Both the position numbers and the translations under genes were made by a program. Shown in pieces: positions 1 to 9,235 of a DNA stretch of 64,000 nt. Numbering within the stretch: position 1 is the stretch's first letter; each line of letters starts with the position of its first letter. The notes below the pieces were generated by a model. The model had not been told where the DNA came from and searched no databases. It worked only from the letters and a program-made list of their open reading frames with translations. This DNA comes from an uncultured Acidimicrobiales bacterium (GTDB lineage: Bacteria; Actinomycetota; Acidimicrobiia; Acidimicrobiales; JANYDT01). The stretch covers positions 497,262 through 561,261 of the forward strand of contig CAVXQD010000001.1 of assembly GCA_963763885.1 (NCBI GenBank), given 5' to 3'.

Positions 1-355
1 CGCACCCTTGACCCATGCCCATGAGGATGCCCCAGGCCAACCACAGGTGCCACGGTTGGGTTGACAGCGTCGCAAGCAACGCACCGCTTGCGATTGCCAT
101 AAGCGCGCAAACAACCACACGTCGAAGGCCGAAGCGGATCATCAACGCGGCGGCAAACGGCCCCATGAGCCCGTACAGAACCAGGTTAATAGTGGATGCG
201 GTGGCGATGGAAGTGCGTGACCATCCGTATTGCGTGTGCAACGGATCGATCAGTAATCCGAACGCACCGCGTACTGACGCGGTGAGCATCAACACAACAA
301 ACGTTGCGCCCGCCACAACCCAAGCTGGGTGAAGGCGCGTGGACAACGCCACCAT
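1..355 (-). CDS. MFS transporter, N-terminal part (runs off the window edge)
   Basis: The minus frame is open from ATG 355 (alternative GTG 376, overlapping the upstream stop as GTGA) to position 1. My hand translation is MVALSTRLHPAWVVAGATFVVLMLTASVRGAFGLLIDPLHTQYGWSRTSIATASTINLVLYGLMGPFAAALMIRFGLRRVVVCALMAIASGALLATLSTQPWHLWLAWGILMGMGQGC, a typical MFS TM1-TM3 pattern. It is missing from the ORF track because it has no stop in the window. Confidence 0.6.
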   Translation of the reverse strand, partial: MVALSTRLHPAWVVAGATFVVLMLTASVRGAFGLLIDPLHTQYGWSRTSIATASTINLVLYGLMGPFAAALMIRFGLRRVVVCALMAIASGALLATLSTQPWHLWLAWGILMGMGQGC

Positions 356-372
356 CAATGTGTTGGTCCTTT

Positions 373-1153
373 TCACAGCAGCAACCGTGAAGCTGCGATG
401 ACACCAACCAGTGCGATGAGACCTCTGAGTACGCGCGGTGGAATGCGTCGGCCGATTCTGGCTCCCACGAGGCCGCCGGTGATTGAGCCGGTCGCGACCA
501 GGGCAACGGCTGGCCATGCGACGGATGTCTTGGTGAGGAAGACCACCCCGGCAACAAAGGCAACCAGTGTTACCAGCACATTCTTGATTGCGTTGACACG
601 AACCAATGGCTCGTCCAACAAGATGCCCATGATCCCGATGAGGATGACACCTTGGCCGGCCCCGAAGTAGCCGCCGTACATTCCAACGCAACACACGCAA
701 AGCCAAAGGGCCGGGGTGATTCGACCAACCTGCGACGGATCTGTGGATGCGCGGCGTTCTCTCAGCCAGTTCATCACCAGCGGCTGAATGAGCACCAGCA
801 CCACACCGATGATGATGAGGAACGGCACGACAACCTTGAACGTGTCCGAGGACAGGCGGAACAGCAACAAGGCGCCGATTAAGGGCACCGATGGCTGAAG
901 CGCTGGAGAGCACAGCGACGCGTCTCCAATGTCCGCGCAACTCCTGACGGAAACCCCAGGACGCGCCTGCCGAGCCGGGCAGCAGGCCAATGTTGTTGGT
1001 GACGTTTGCGGTGATGTTGTCGAACCCAACCCCCACAAGGGTTGGGAACGAGATCAGGGTTCCGGAACCCACAATGGAGTTGATGAAGCCTGCGGCGCCC
1101 CCGGCGGCAACGATGGCGACGGCTCGACCGATCGTGAGATCGGGGACGGTCAC
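373..1153 (-). pseudogene. TauE/SafE family sulfite-exporter-like permease with an apparent 1-nt frameshift
   Basis: The N-terminus reads from GTG 1153, which overlaps the DAHP synthase stop as GTGA: VTVPDLTIGRAVAIVAAGGAAGFINSIVGSGTLISFPTLVGVGFDNITANVTNNIGLLPGSAGASWGFRQELRGHWRRVAVLSSASAIGAL. The rest of the family-like sequence (LIGALLLFRLSSDTFKVVVPFLIIIG...GGYFGAGQGVILIGIMGILL...) is in the frame of track ORF 373..1038. The two frames meet at a ccc/ggg run near 881-886. Confidence 0.7.
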
Positions 1154-2511
1154 GATTGCAGCAAGTTGGCTGCGTTGAACGCGAGATCCAACGACTGACG
1201 TGCGTTGAGACGAGGATCGCAAATAGTGCGGTAGTTGCCTGAGAGGTGGTCAGCTTCGACCGCGATTGAACCGCCGAGGCACTCGGTGACATTGTCGCCA
1301 GTGAGCTCCAGGTGAAGCCCGCCTGGGTGAACACCAGCCGTATGGCAAGCCACGAAGAACTGCTGCACTTCGCTGAGGACATCGTCGAAGCGGCGCGTCT
1401 TGTGGCCAGACGGCGCGCTGAACGTGTTGCCGTGGCATGGATCGCACGCCCAAACCACAGGGTGCCCGGAGTCCCTCACTGCTTCGAGAATTGGCGGCAG
1501 GGCCGCGGCGATTTTGCCTGCGCCCATACGAACAATCAGCGTGAGACGACCTGGGATTCGATTTGGGTTGAGCGTTTCGCACAGCGCGATCACGTCGCTT
1601 GGTACAGCAGTGGGACCCACCTTGCACCCGATCGGGTTGTGAACGCCCCGTAAGAACTGCACGTGTGCGTCGTTGAGACCTCGTGTGCGTTCGCCGATCC
1701 ACAGCATGTGCGCCGAACAGTCGTACCAGTCACCGCTGGTGGTGTCGCTTCGGGTGAGCGCCTCTTCGTAGTGAAGCAGGAGCGCTTCGTGACTGGTCCA
1801 GAGATCAACCTGCTGGAGCTGCGCTTCTTTTTCAAGGTCAATTCCGCACGCCCGCATAAATCGAATTGCCTTGTCGATACCGGCCGCCAGTTGCTCGTAG
1901 CGCTGACCTTCTGGTGTGGCCGCCACGAACTCCTGTGTCCAGGCGTGAACCCGGGAGATGTCGGCGTAACCGCCCTTGGTGAACGCTCGAAGCAGGTTGA
2001 GAGTTTGTGCTGACTGCTGATACGCAGCAATGAGACGCTCCGGGTCCGGAGTGCGCGCTTCGGCGAACGGAGCGTCGTCGTTGACGATGTGACCGCGGAA
2101 AGACGGCAATTCAACGCCGTCGATGATTTCGGTGTCCGCGCTGCGGGGTTTCGCGAACTGACCTGCGATGCGGCCAACCTTCACCACTGGCAACCCACCC
2201 GAGTACGTGAGGACCGCCGCCATTTGGAGGATGACCTTGAGGCGCTCTCGAATGGACGCAGCCGTTTGATCGTGGAAGCTCTCTGCGCAGTCTCCCGCTT
2301 GCAAGAGAAACGCTCGCCCTGCAGCTACCTCACCCAAAGCTTTGGTCAGCGAGCGCGCTTCACCGGCAAAGACCAGCGGTGGCAGGGTGGACAAGCGCTT
2401 GGTCACGGTGTCTAAGTGCCCGGGATCTGGCCAATTTGGCTGCTGCAACGCCGGATAGTCGCGCCACGATGTGGGTGTCCAATGGCCGGCAGTTGCGACG
2501 TTTTCGGTCAT
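1150..2511 (-). CDS. class II 3-deoxy-7-phosphoheptulonate (DAHP) synthase
   Basis: 453 aa. The N-terminus HWTPTSWRDYPALQQPNWPD, the length and the C-terminal CDPCHGNT / GLHLELTGDNVTEC motifs are typical of class II DAHP synthases. Confidence 0.9.
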   Translation of the reverse strand: MTENVATAGHWTPTSWRDYPALQQPNWPDPGHLDTVTKRLSTLPPLVFAGEARSLTKALGEVAAGRAFLLQAGDCAESFHDQTAASIRERLKVILQMAAVLTYSGGLPVVKVGRIAGQFAKPRSADTEIIDGVELPSFRGHIVNDDAPFAEARTPDPERLIAAYQQSAQTLNLLRAFTKGGYADISRVHAWTQEFVAATPEGQRYEQLAAGIDKAIRFMRACGIDLEKEAQLQQVDLWTSHEALLLHYEEALTRSDTTSGDWYDCSAHMLWIGERTRGLNDAHVQFLRGVHNPIGCKVGPTAVPSDVIALCETLNPNRIPGRLTLIVRMGAGKIAAALPPILEAVRDSGHPVVWACDPCHGNTFSAPSGHKTRRFDDVLSEVQQFFVACHTAGVHPGGLHLELTGDNVTECLGGSIAVEADHLSGNYRTICDPRLNARQSLDLAFNAANLLQS

Positions 2512-2639
2512 CCAGCCAGCCTACTGGTCACCCTCGAGCTTCTTTCATGCGTATTCGCCGGTAACCGTTGCGATGCATCGACGCACTGGGTGTGCGCCCG
2601 GACACGGTGCGCCCGGACCGCTCGCTCTACAGTATCGGC

Positions 2640-3563
2640 GTGAAACCCTTTCGCTTCGGTATCCAACTTCGCAATGCTGAAACAGGAACTGCTTGGCGAG
2701 CGCTCGCAAGACAGGCCGAAGACTGCGGCTACTCCACGTTGTTCATGCCGGACCATTTCGGCGAAACGTGGAGCCCAACCGTCCCATTGACCGTGGCGGC
2801 CGAGGCAACGACGTCGCTCAAGATCGGCGCACTTGTCTACGACAACGACTATCGCCACCCGCTCGTTCTTTCGCGCGACGTCGCTGCGATGGATGTGATG
2901 TTTCCGGGCCGAGTCGAATTCGGAATCGGAGCAGGTTGGATGACAACTGACTACGAGCAATCGGGCATTCCCCTTGATTCGCCAAAAGTTCGTATCGAAC
3001 GGATGGGTGAGGCCATAGAGGTGATCAGGAAGCTTTGGACCGATGAGTCCGTCACCCACAGTGGGCCCCACTACAACCTTGTAGGTGCACAGTGTTTCCC
3101 GCGGCCTGCAACATCCGGAGGCCCGAAGCTCATCGTTGGTGGGGGAGGCCCCAAGGTCTTGGCCATGGCCGCCCGCTACGCAGACATCATCGGAGTCAAC
3201 CCGGAGCTCACCAGCGGCGTTGCGGGCGTCGAAGCGGCCAAGACAGCAGTAGCAGACAGGTATCTGGAACGGATTGGCTGGATAAAAGCCGCGGCCGGAG
3301 ACCGTTTCGAATCCATCGAATTGCAGATCCTCGGAGCGATCGAACAAATCACACCGGACCGAGCCGACTACGCATCAAAAGTGGCGCCACTGTTTGGGCT
3401 GGAGCCCTCAGCTGCACTGGATATGCCGATCGCGATGGTTGGCACGGTCGACGAGGTTTGCGACGACCTGATCAGACGGCGCGAGCAGTTTGGGTTCAAC
3501 TATGTGGTGGTTCACGATCTTGAGGCCTTCGCGCCAGTCGTGGCTCGCCTCGCCGGCACCTGA
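2640..3563 (+). CDS. LLM-class F420-dependent oxidoreductase (luciferase-like monooxygenase family)
   Basis: In-frame GTG 2640 gives VKPFRFGIQLRNAETG..., followed by GYSTLFMPDHF and FGIGAGW motifs. The track ORF starts earlier, at 2568. Confidence 0.75.
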   Translation: MKPFRFGIQLRNAETGTAWRALARQAEDCGYSTLFMPDHFGETWSPTVPLTVAAEATTSLKIGALVYDNDYRHPLVLSRDVAAMDVMFPGRVEFGIGAGWMTTDYEQSGIPLDSPKVRIERMGEAIEVIRKLWTDESVTHSGPHYNLVGAQCFPRPATSGGPKLIVGGGGPKVLAMAARYADIIGVNPELTSGVAGVEAAKTAVADRYLERIGWIKAAAGDRFESIELQILGAIEQITPDRADYASKVAPLFGLEPSAALDMPIAMVGTVDEVCDDLIRRREQFGFNYVVVHDLEAFAPVVARLAGT

Positions 3564-3572
3564 TTTTCGCGG

Positions 3573-4166
3573 ATGACCGGGATGGGGAAACGTATTGGTG
3601 TATTCGGTGGCACCTTCGACCCAATCCACAATGCGCACTTAGCAGTTGGGGTTGCAGCGCGTCACCAATTGCACCTTGACGAAGTGCGCTTCGTCGTTGC
3701 CAACATTCCGTGGCAGAAGGCGAAGCAACGCCGCATCAGCAGCGCAGCTCATCGGCTTGCGATGGTTGGCTTGGCAGTAGAAGGCCGAGCAGGGTTGATG
3801 GCATCTGACCTGGAGATTCGACGGGGCGGTGATTCCTATACGGCCGACACGTTGCAACAGCTACTTGCTGACGAACCGGGGTCGGAATTGTTCCTCATCG
3901 TGGGATCTGACCTTGTTGACGATCTCCCGACGTGGCAGCGCTGGACAGAGATTCCCGCACTCTGTACGTTGGCCGTGGCGTATCGACCGGGCGAGGCAAG
4001 CCATGCCGAACTCACCCCCGGGTGGAGCAGCGTTGACGTCCGTTTGCCTGCGTTGGAACTGTCCAGTACCGAGCTTCGAGAGATGGCCGCACATGGCCGT
4101 CCGCTTGACTTTCTGGTGCCAGACAGCGTTATCGCGTACGTTGCCGAGCATGGGTTGTACCGTTAG
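3573..4166 (+). CDS. nadD: nicotinate-nucleotide adenylyltransferase
   Basis: IGVFGGTFDPIHNAHL nucleotidyltransferase motif. About 197 aa, followed by rsfS as in many bacteria. Confidence 0.9.
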   Translation: MTGMGKRIGVFGGTFDPIHNAHLAVGVAARHQLHLDEVRFVVANIPWQKAKQRRISSAAHRLAMVGLAVEGRAGLMASDLEIRRGGDSYTADTLQQLLADEPGSELFLIVGSDLVDDLPTWQRWTEIPALCTLAVAYRPGEASHAELTPGWSSVDVRLPALELSSTELREMAAHGRPLDFLVPDSVIAYVAEHGLYR

Positions 4167-4178
4167 AGACTGCGCAGC

Positions 4179-4625
4179 TTGTGCGCAACTCTCTCGATAC
4201 CTGCTGATCACGTGCCCCTGACCTCGTCTTATATCCCTCTCGCGTCTGTTGCAGCCCGCGCTGCTGATGCCAAAAAGGCAACAGATGTTGTCATCCTCGA
4301 CGTTGGCGACCTGCTGGGGATCACCGACCTGTTTGTGATCGCGTCGGCCTCCAACCGTCGTTTGGCCCTTACGTTGGCCGACGAAATGGAGCTCGCCGTC
4401 AAACGCGCAGGCGGACCGTCACCTCTTTCGGTTGAAGGTTTGGAAGAAGCGACGTGGATCCTCATCGACTTCGGTCCGTTCGTCGTTCACGTTTTTCAAC
4501 AAGAAACGAGAGAGTTCTACGACCTCGAGCGCCTATGGCGCGATGCTCCGCGGGTTGCGTGGGTGCCCGATACCCCCGCAAACGCTGCGGATTCTGAAGA
4601 AGACTCGGACTCAGACGCCTGTTGA
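4179..4625 (+). CDS. rsfS: ribosome silencing factor RsfS
   Basis: AADAKKATDVVILDVGDLLGITDLFVIASASNRR motif. The tail is acidic. The start is uncertain (alternative GTG 4212). Confidence 0.85.
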   Translation: MCATLSIPADHVPLTSSYIPLASVAARAADAKKATDVVILDVGDLLGITDLFVIASASNRRLALTLADEMELAVKRAGGPSPLSVEGLEEATWILIDFGPFVVHVFQQETREFYDLERLWRDAPRVAWVPDTPANAADSEEDSDSDAC

Positions 4626-4655
4626 CCCTCCGAGGGTCGGTACCCGACGGGGTAC
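4624..4655 (+). terminator. two adjacent short palindromes/hairpins at the rsfS stop
   Basis: gaccctc-c-gagggtc (4624-4638) and gtaccc-gacg-gggtac (4640-4655). There is no T-tract, so the function is uncertain (terminator or operator). Confidence 0.3.
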
Positions 4656-4817
4656 AACAGCTGCTTCGCGTTGGCTTCTAGTCAGAATCCACACAGCGCT
4701 GAATTGTGCTTCAGCTTCCGAGAACGCGTTCAAGTTCATCCCCTTGCCTGCCGAGAAATGAGTGTGGCCCCGAATCAGGGGTGAACGAACTCTCGATTCG
4801 GAAGCAAAGGAGCCGTT

Positions 4818-7481
4818 GTGCTCGGACGACTCAGCATTACTCAGAAGCTTGCAACTGCCGTGGTGGCACCACTGGTGGCGCTTGTCGGTCTGTCCGGTGT
4901 CGGTTTCACGACGTTCAACCGGGTGAAGGTGAACGGACCGGAATACCAGAAGCTGGCGACCACCGCAGACCTGGTAGCAGACGTGCTCCCGCCGCCGCTG
5001 TTCTTCATCGAGTCTCACTTCATTGCACAGAGCATGTTGCAAGCCAACGCCTCGGAGTTTCCTGCTCTTGTCAAGAAGTCCAACGAATTGGAAAAGAGCT
5101 TTGAAGAACGCCATCAGTACTGGGTCGAAAACATCGGTGTCATTGGCGAACCACAGCTCAACGATCCGTTTCTCAAGGAATCCTGGAATTCAGGCGAAGC
5201 GTATTTCAAGGTCTTCAACGACGAGTTTGTCCCTTCGCTGAAGTCCGCCTACTCCCGCGGCTGGGATCCTGACGAAGTTCAGGTGGTTATCAACGAGCCT
5301 GCCGTCAAAGCGCAGACGATCTTCGATTCCAAGCTTGACCCGCTCTATCGCAAGCACCGTGCAGCGATCGATAAGACCGTTCAGATCGCCAATGCGCGCC
5401 GCACCAGCCTGGAATCTGACGTTTCAGCAACCGTTGGCCGACGGTTGTTGGGCCTCGCACTGATTGCCTTCTCGGGCGCCGTTGCGACCTTCTTGCTCAG
5501 CTCGTTTGTGGCCAGGGCAATTCGACGCCCCATCAAGCAGCTCACCGACGCTGCGAACCGCGCTGCGTCTGAGGACCTGCCGTTGATGGTCGCCGCTGCG
5601 CAAGCAGGCGAGGAGTCGCCTGTCTCATCTGCCCAGTTGGTGAACATCGAGTCCAACGACGAGATTGCCGAGTTGGCAGCAGCCTTCGCATCCATGCAGG
5701 GCACCGCAGTTGGTTTGGCCCGGGAACAGGCATTGATTCGTCGCAACGTGGGCGAAAACCTAGTGAACCTCGCACGCCGGAATCAGTCATTGCTTGGACG
5801 TTCGCTTGGTGTGCTCACCCGGTTGGAGCAGGACGAACGAGACCAGGACAAGCTGCAGGATCTGTTCAAGGTTGACCACCTCACTACCCGCATGCGTCGA
5901 AACGCTGAATCGCTGTTGGTACTTGCAGGCGCCGAGCCAAACCGCAAGTGGTCAGCAGGCGTGGAGATGGGTGACGTTGTTCGTGCAGCCGTGTCCGCTA
6001 TCGAAGCCTTCGACCGGGTGGACATTGTCGGCCTCGACGACGTGAAAGTTCGCGGAGCTGCCGTCAACGACGTGGCCCACCTTGTGGCTGAGCTGATTGA
6101 AAATGCGACGAACTTCTCGCCTCCTGACAGCCGCGTCGCCGTGGTTGGTAAGGCTCGCCCAGATGGCTACCTGCTGGTCGTGACGGACGACGGCTTGGGC
6201 ATGAGCGAAGAAGACCTTGCAATTGCCAACGCACGAATTGCCGAGACCTCTGCCTTTGAGTCCAGCCCCACCAAGGTGCTTGGTCTCAACGTGGTGGGCC
6301 GTCTCGCGTACCGATACGGCATCGACGTGTCCCTTGCGACGAGCTCCACTGCTGGCATCGCTGCTCGAATTCAGCTGCCAATCGCTCTCATTGAGACGTC
6401 TGACGAGTCTGCAGCAACACCGTCGCAAACAGCCGAGATGCATGGTGAGTCGGCGCTGGCTGACCCAGGGTTCAACGAGGCTGCCGGGCCTGAAAACCCT
6501 ACGTTCACAGAGCATGGTTCGGATTCAGCGTTTGAAACGAATGACATTCCCGAATGGCTGCAGAACGTGGCAGGCGTGTCGATGGAATCAGATTCGAACG
6601 CAGCTTCGGATTGGGCCACCACCACGTTCGGCCAGCCAGCGATTGCAGCGTTAGCGGTTGACGTTGCTCAGGAAGTTCCAGTACCGAGTGCGATCATCGC
6701 ACCCGCCGTGCCGAACAACGTTCGCTTGTTGCGTCCCGCGCCGCCAGAGAAACCTGCGCTCACGCGTCGAATCAAAGGTGCACAGACGGTTGAAACCGGC
6801 CCGCTGCCAGAAGAGGCACAGGCTCGTCAGGTGCTTGCAGACCCAGAGCGCGCCAGCAGCGTGTTGAGTTCGCTGTCAAGTCTGCAAAGCGGAGTTGAGA
6901 AGGGTCGCTCGATCCATCCAAGCGAGATCCCCCTCGCTGAGGAAGAGCTGACTCCAGTAACCGAAACGACTGCAGCCTCCACTGGTGACACGATGAAACT
7001 TTCGAAGCGAGTCCGTGGAGCTCAGATGGTCGACACAGGCCCAGAGGCTGTCACGCACGGGCCGCTGGAGACCTCTGACGACCCTGAACGCGCTGACACG
7101 GTGAAACGTGCGCTGACCGGTCTCCAGCGCGGCATGGAACGCGGCCGATCCGCGGAGCCAGGCGAACTTCTCGAAGCGTCCTTTGCGGAGACCGTCGAGT
7201 TATCGCCAGCCGCGCTTGCGCTGGAAGAGTCTCCGGCGACCGAAGCCTCCCCGTCACTTCGTAAGCGTGTAAAGGGTGCACAGCTCCCTGTTACCGACTT
7301 GCCCGCTGTCGCGGCGCAGGTTCAATCCGATCCCACCGCTGTGCGGAACGCTTTTGGCAGCCTGCAGCGTGGAGTCACCAGCGCCAGAGAAGCCATTGCC
7401 GGCAGCTCCGACGATTCATACACAGGGCCTTCTGTTGCAGAAGACCCCTCAACTTTGGGCGCTCCGGCGCCGACTCACTGA
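4818..7481 (+). CDS. conservon sensor histidine-kinase-like membrane protein (CvnA-type: N-terminal sensing domain, HAMP, HATPase)
   Basis: AAGGAG sits 6-7 nt before GTG 4818. The N-terminal TM is LATAVVAPLVALVGLSG and a second TM plus a HAMP-like segment lie near residue 210. ATPase motifs are HLVAELIENATNFSPP and VVTDDGLGM. It is followed by roadblock, DUF742 and GTPase genes. Confidence 0.8.
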   Translation: MLGRLSITQKLATAVVAPLVALVGLSGVGFTTFNRVKVNGPEYQKLATTADLVADVLPPPLFFIESHFIAQSMLQANASEFPALVKKSNELEKSFEERHQYWVENIGVIGEPQLNDPFLKESWNSGEAYFKVFNDEFVPSLKSAYSRGWDPDEVQVVINEPAVKAQTIFDSKLDPLYRKHRAAIDKTVQIANARRTSLESDVSATVGRRLLGLALIAFSGAVATFLLSSFVARAIRRPIKQLTDAANRAASEDLPLMVAAAQAGEESPVSSAQLVNIESNDEIAELAAAFASMQGTAVGLAREQALIRRNVGENLVNLARRNQSLLGRSLGVLTRLEQDERDQDKLQDLFKVDHLTTRMRRNAESLLVLAGAEPNRKWSAGVEMGDVVRAAVSAIEAFDRVDIVGLDDVKVRGAAVNDVAHLVAELIENATNFSPPDSRVAVVGKARPDGYLLVVTDDGLGMSEEDLAIANARIAETSAFESSPTKVLGLNVVGRLAYRYGIDVSLATSSTAGIAARIQLPIALIETSDESAATPSQTAEMHGESALADPGFNEAAGPENPTFTEHGSDSAFETNDIPEWLQNVAGVSMESDSNAASDWATTTFGQPAIAALAVDVAQEVPVPSAIIAPAVPNNVRLLRPAPPEKPALTRRIKGAQTVETGPLPEEAQARQVLADPERASSVLSSLSSLQSGVEKGRSIHPSEIPLAEEELTPVTETTAASTGDTMKLSKRVRGAQMVDTGPEAVTHGPLETSDDPERADTVKRALTGLQRGMERGRSAEPGELLEASFAETVELSPAALALEESPATEASPSLRKRVKGAQLPVTDLPAVAAQVQSDPTAVRNAFGSLQRGVTSAREAIAGSSDDSYTGPSVAEDPSTLGAPAPTH
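6759..7395 (+). repeat. three degenerate protein-level tandem repeats in the kinase C-terminal tail
   Basis: The three copies are LTRRIKGAQTVETGP...DPERASSVLSSLSSLQSGVEKGRS, LSKRVRGAQMVDTGP...DPERADTVKRALTGLQRGMERGRS and LRKRVKGAQLPVTDLP...DPTAVRNAFGSLQRGVTSAR. Confidence 0.6.
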
Positions 7482-7518
7482 CAGCCGACTTCGTGTCGTA
7501 CCGAAAAGGAACAGACCA

Positions 7519-7944
7519 ATGACAACAACGCTGACCAGCCAGGTAAAGAACGTCAACTGGCTGATGTCGAGATTCGTGAGCGACACCGTTGGTGTCGAGC
7601 AGGCAATCGCGGTGTCCTCCGACGGACTGCTTATGGCCATCTCGTCAAACCTTGATCGTGCCTCGGCCGACAAGATGGCCGCCATCGTCACCGGCATGCG
7701 TTCGCTCTCCGACGGCGCAGCACGTGTGCTTGGCAAGGGTGGTATGTCACAGGTGCTTGTGGAAATGCACGACGCGTACCTGTTCATCGCAACCATCTCC
7801 GGCGGCTCGTCGCTCGGCGTTGTCACCTCGAAGAACGCTGATCTCGGCCTTGTCGGCTACGAGATCACCCTCCTCGTCCAACGGGTTGGAACGCAGCTGA
7901 CCCCCGAACTTGTGTCGGAGCTGAAGCACAGCCTTGGCGTCTGA
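7519..7944 (+). CDS. roadblock/LC7 domain protein (CvnB-type)
   Basis: ATG 7519 is preceded by aagga. The sequence MTTTLTSQVKNVNWLMSRFVSDTVGVEQAIAVSSDGLLMA...AYLFI is the typical roadblock/MglB-like pattern. The track ORF is over-extended to 7276. Confidence 0.8.
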   Translation: MTTTLTSQVKNVNWLMSRFVSDTVGVEQAIAVSSDGLLMAISSNLDRASADKMAAIVTGMRSLSDGAARVLGKGGMSQVLVEMHDAYLFIATISGGSSLGVVTSKNADLGLVGYEITLLVQRVGTQLTPELVSELKHSLGV

Positions 7945-8006
7945 CGCCTTCGCAAGCTTCAGCACTCACTCAACTTCCGCTCCCACAACTCCCACGTTGC
8001 CCCACA

Positions 8007-8471
8007 TTGACCATGCCCGACGAGACGCAACCCTTCCTCAGACCCTTCCTTGCCCGCCCCGGCGCGTCAGGAAGTACGCATACGACCGATGCCGTCGAGG
8101 AAATCCTGGACGACTCCTCAGAAACTCCAGTCGTCCGTGCGTACATGATGACGGCCGGCAACACCGGGTCCCACCAAGCAGCCCTTACGATCCATCTCGC
8201 CTTCGAGTCGATGGTGTCCCTCACCGAACGGGGTCAGGCCAGCGTTGGGGTCCTCCAGTTCGAACGGGCGAAAATCGCCCGTCTCGTGAGTCAGCACTCT
8301 CAATCTGTTGCAGAAATTGCAGCGACCCTCCGGATCCCCCTCGGAGTCACACAGGTTCTCTGCGCCGACATGGTGGGCGCAGATCTCCTCGAGCATCACA
8401 AGAGCAATGCAAACCTGTCAGACGATGTATCCCTCCTCACAAGGCTGATCAACGGTGTCCGATCTCTCTAA
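8007..8471 (+). CDS. DUF742 protein (CvnC-type)
   Basis: VVRAYMMTAGNT ... SVAEIAATLRIPLGVTQVLCADMV (a C-terminal HTH-like segment), as in DUF742 conservon members. It overlaps the next gene by 17 nt. Confidence 0.75.
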   Translation: MTMPDETQPFLRPFLARPGASGSTHTTDAVEEILDDSSETPVVRAYMMTAGNTGSHQAALTIHLAFESMVSLTERGQASVGVLQFERAKIARLVSQHSQSVAEIAATLRIPLGVTQVLCADMVGADLLEHHKSNANLSDDVSLLTRLINGVRSL

Positions 8472-9039
8472 ACCAAAACCGATTCCAGTAAAGATCGTCG
8501 TCGCCGGCGGCTTCGGTGTCGGCAAGACCACGTTTGTGGGCGCTGTGTCGGATATTCCTCCGCTCACGACCGAAGCAAACATGACCACGCTGTCCAACGA
8601 TGTCGACAATCGAGGTGACGTCACGACCAAGACCACCACAACGGTGGCAATGGACTTTGGACGTACGGCGATTGATGACTCGTTGGTGATGTACATGTTC
8701 GGCACGCCGGGCCAGGACCGTTTCGGCTTCATGTGGGACGACCTCATCACCGGCGCGCTCGGTTCGGTTGTCCTCGTTGACTCTCGTCGGCTCGAGGACT
8801 GCTTCCCCGCCCTCGACTACTTCGAGAACCGTGACGTGCCGTTCGTGGTTGCCGTCAACCGCTTCGGCGGATCCACCTTCCACGACGTGGACGAGATTCG
8901 TGCGGCCCTGGATATCGACGACGCAATTCCAATCGTGACGACCGATGCGCGAAACCGGGAGGACGTCAAGAAGACAGTGCTCTCATTGCTTGATGTGGTC
9001 CTCGCCCGGGCCATGGCGCGTTCACGCGCTGCTGGTTGA
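8455..9039 (+). CDS. small Ras-like GTPase / ATP-GTP-binding protein (CvnD-type)
   Basis: The P-loop is VKIVVAGGFGVGKTTF, with FGTPGQDRF (G3) and VAVNRF (G4-like). Confidence 0.85.
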   Translation: MSDLSKPKPIPVKIVVAGGFGVGKTTFVGAVSDIPPLTTEANMTTLSNDVDNRGDVTTKTTTTVAMDFGRTAIDDSLVMYMFGTPGQDRFGFMWDDLITGALGSVVLVDSRRLEDCFPALDYFENRDVPFVVAVNRFGGSTFHDVDEIRAALDIDDAIPIVTTDARNREDVKKTVLSLLDVVLARAMARSRAAG

Positions 9040-9235
9040 CAACACCTCTGAACGACGTTCCGACACCGGATTGACGAACACCCTCGCGTCGAAACCGGGC
9101 GCGACCGAGTGGTGAACGGAGGGATCGGAGTGAACCCGAGGGGAGTAACCCATTTGAAGGGCCGAGGGTGTTTTCGTGTACTGGAACCGGTTGAGGAAGC
9201 TGCCCGGGAAGCTCTTGCGTCGGGGACGCGTTCGT

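Noticed and set aside
879-1382. 167-aa minus-strand ORF overlapping the TauE N-terminus and the DAHP synthase C-terminus.
   Set aside because: It is Arg/Ser-rich nonsense sequence in a third frame. The TauE-like N-terminus is in the frame starting at GTG 1153.
9077-9172. Perfect 10-bp long-range inverted repeat (aacaccctcg ... cgagggtgtt, followed by ttcg) enclosing 76 nt in the gap between cvnD and the PAS gene. It could be a structured RNA or a complex terminator.
   Set aside because: I could not find a consistent inner secondary structure by eye. A single 10-bp match in GC-rich DNA is weak evidence without covariation or expression data.
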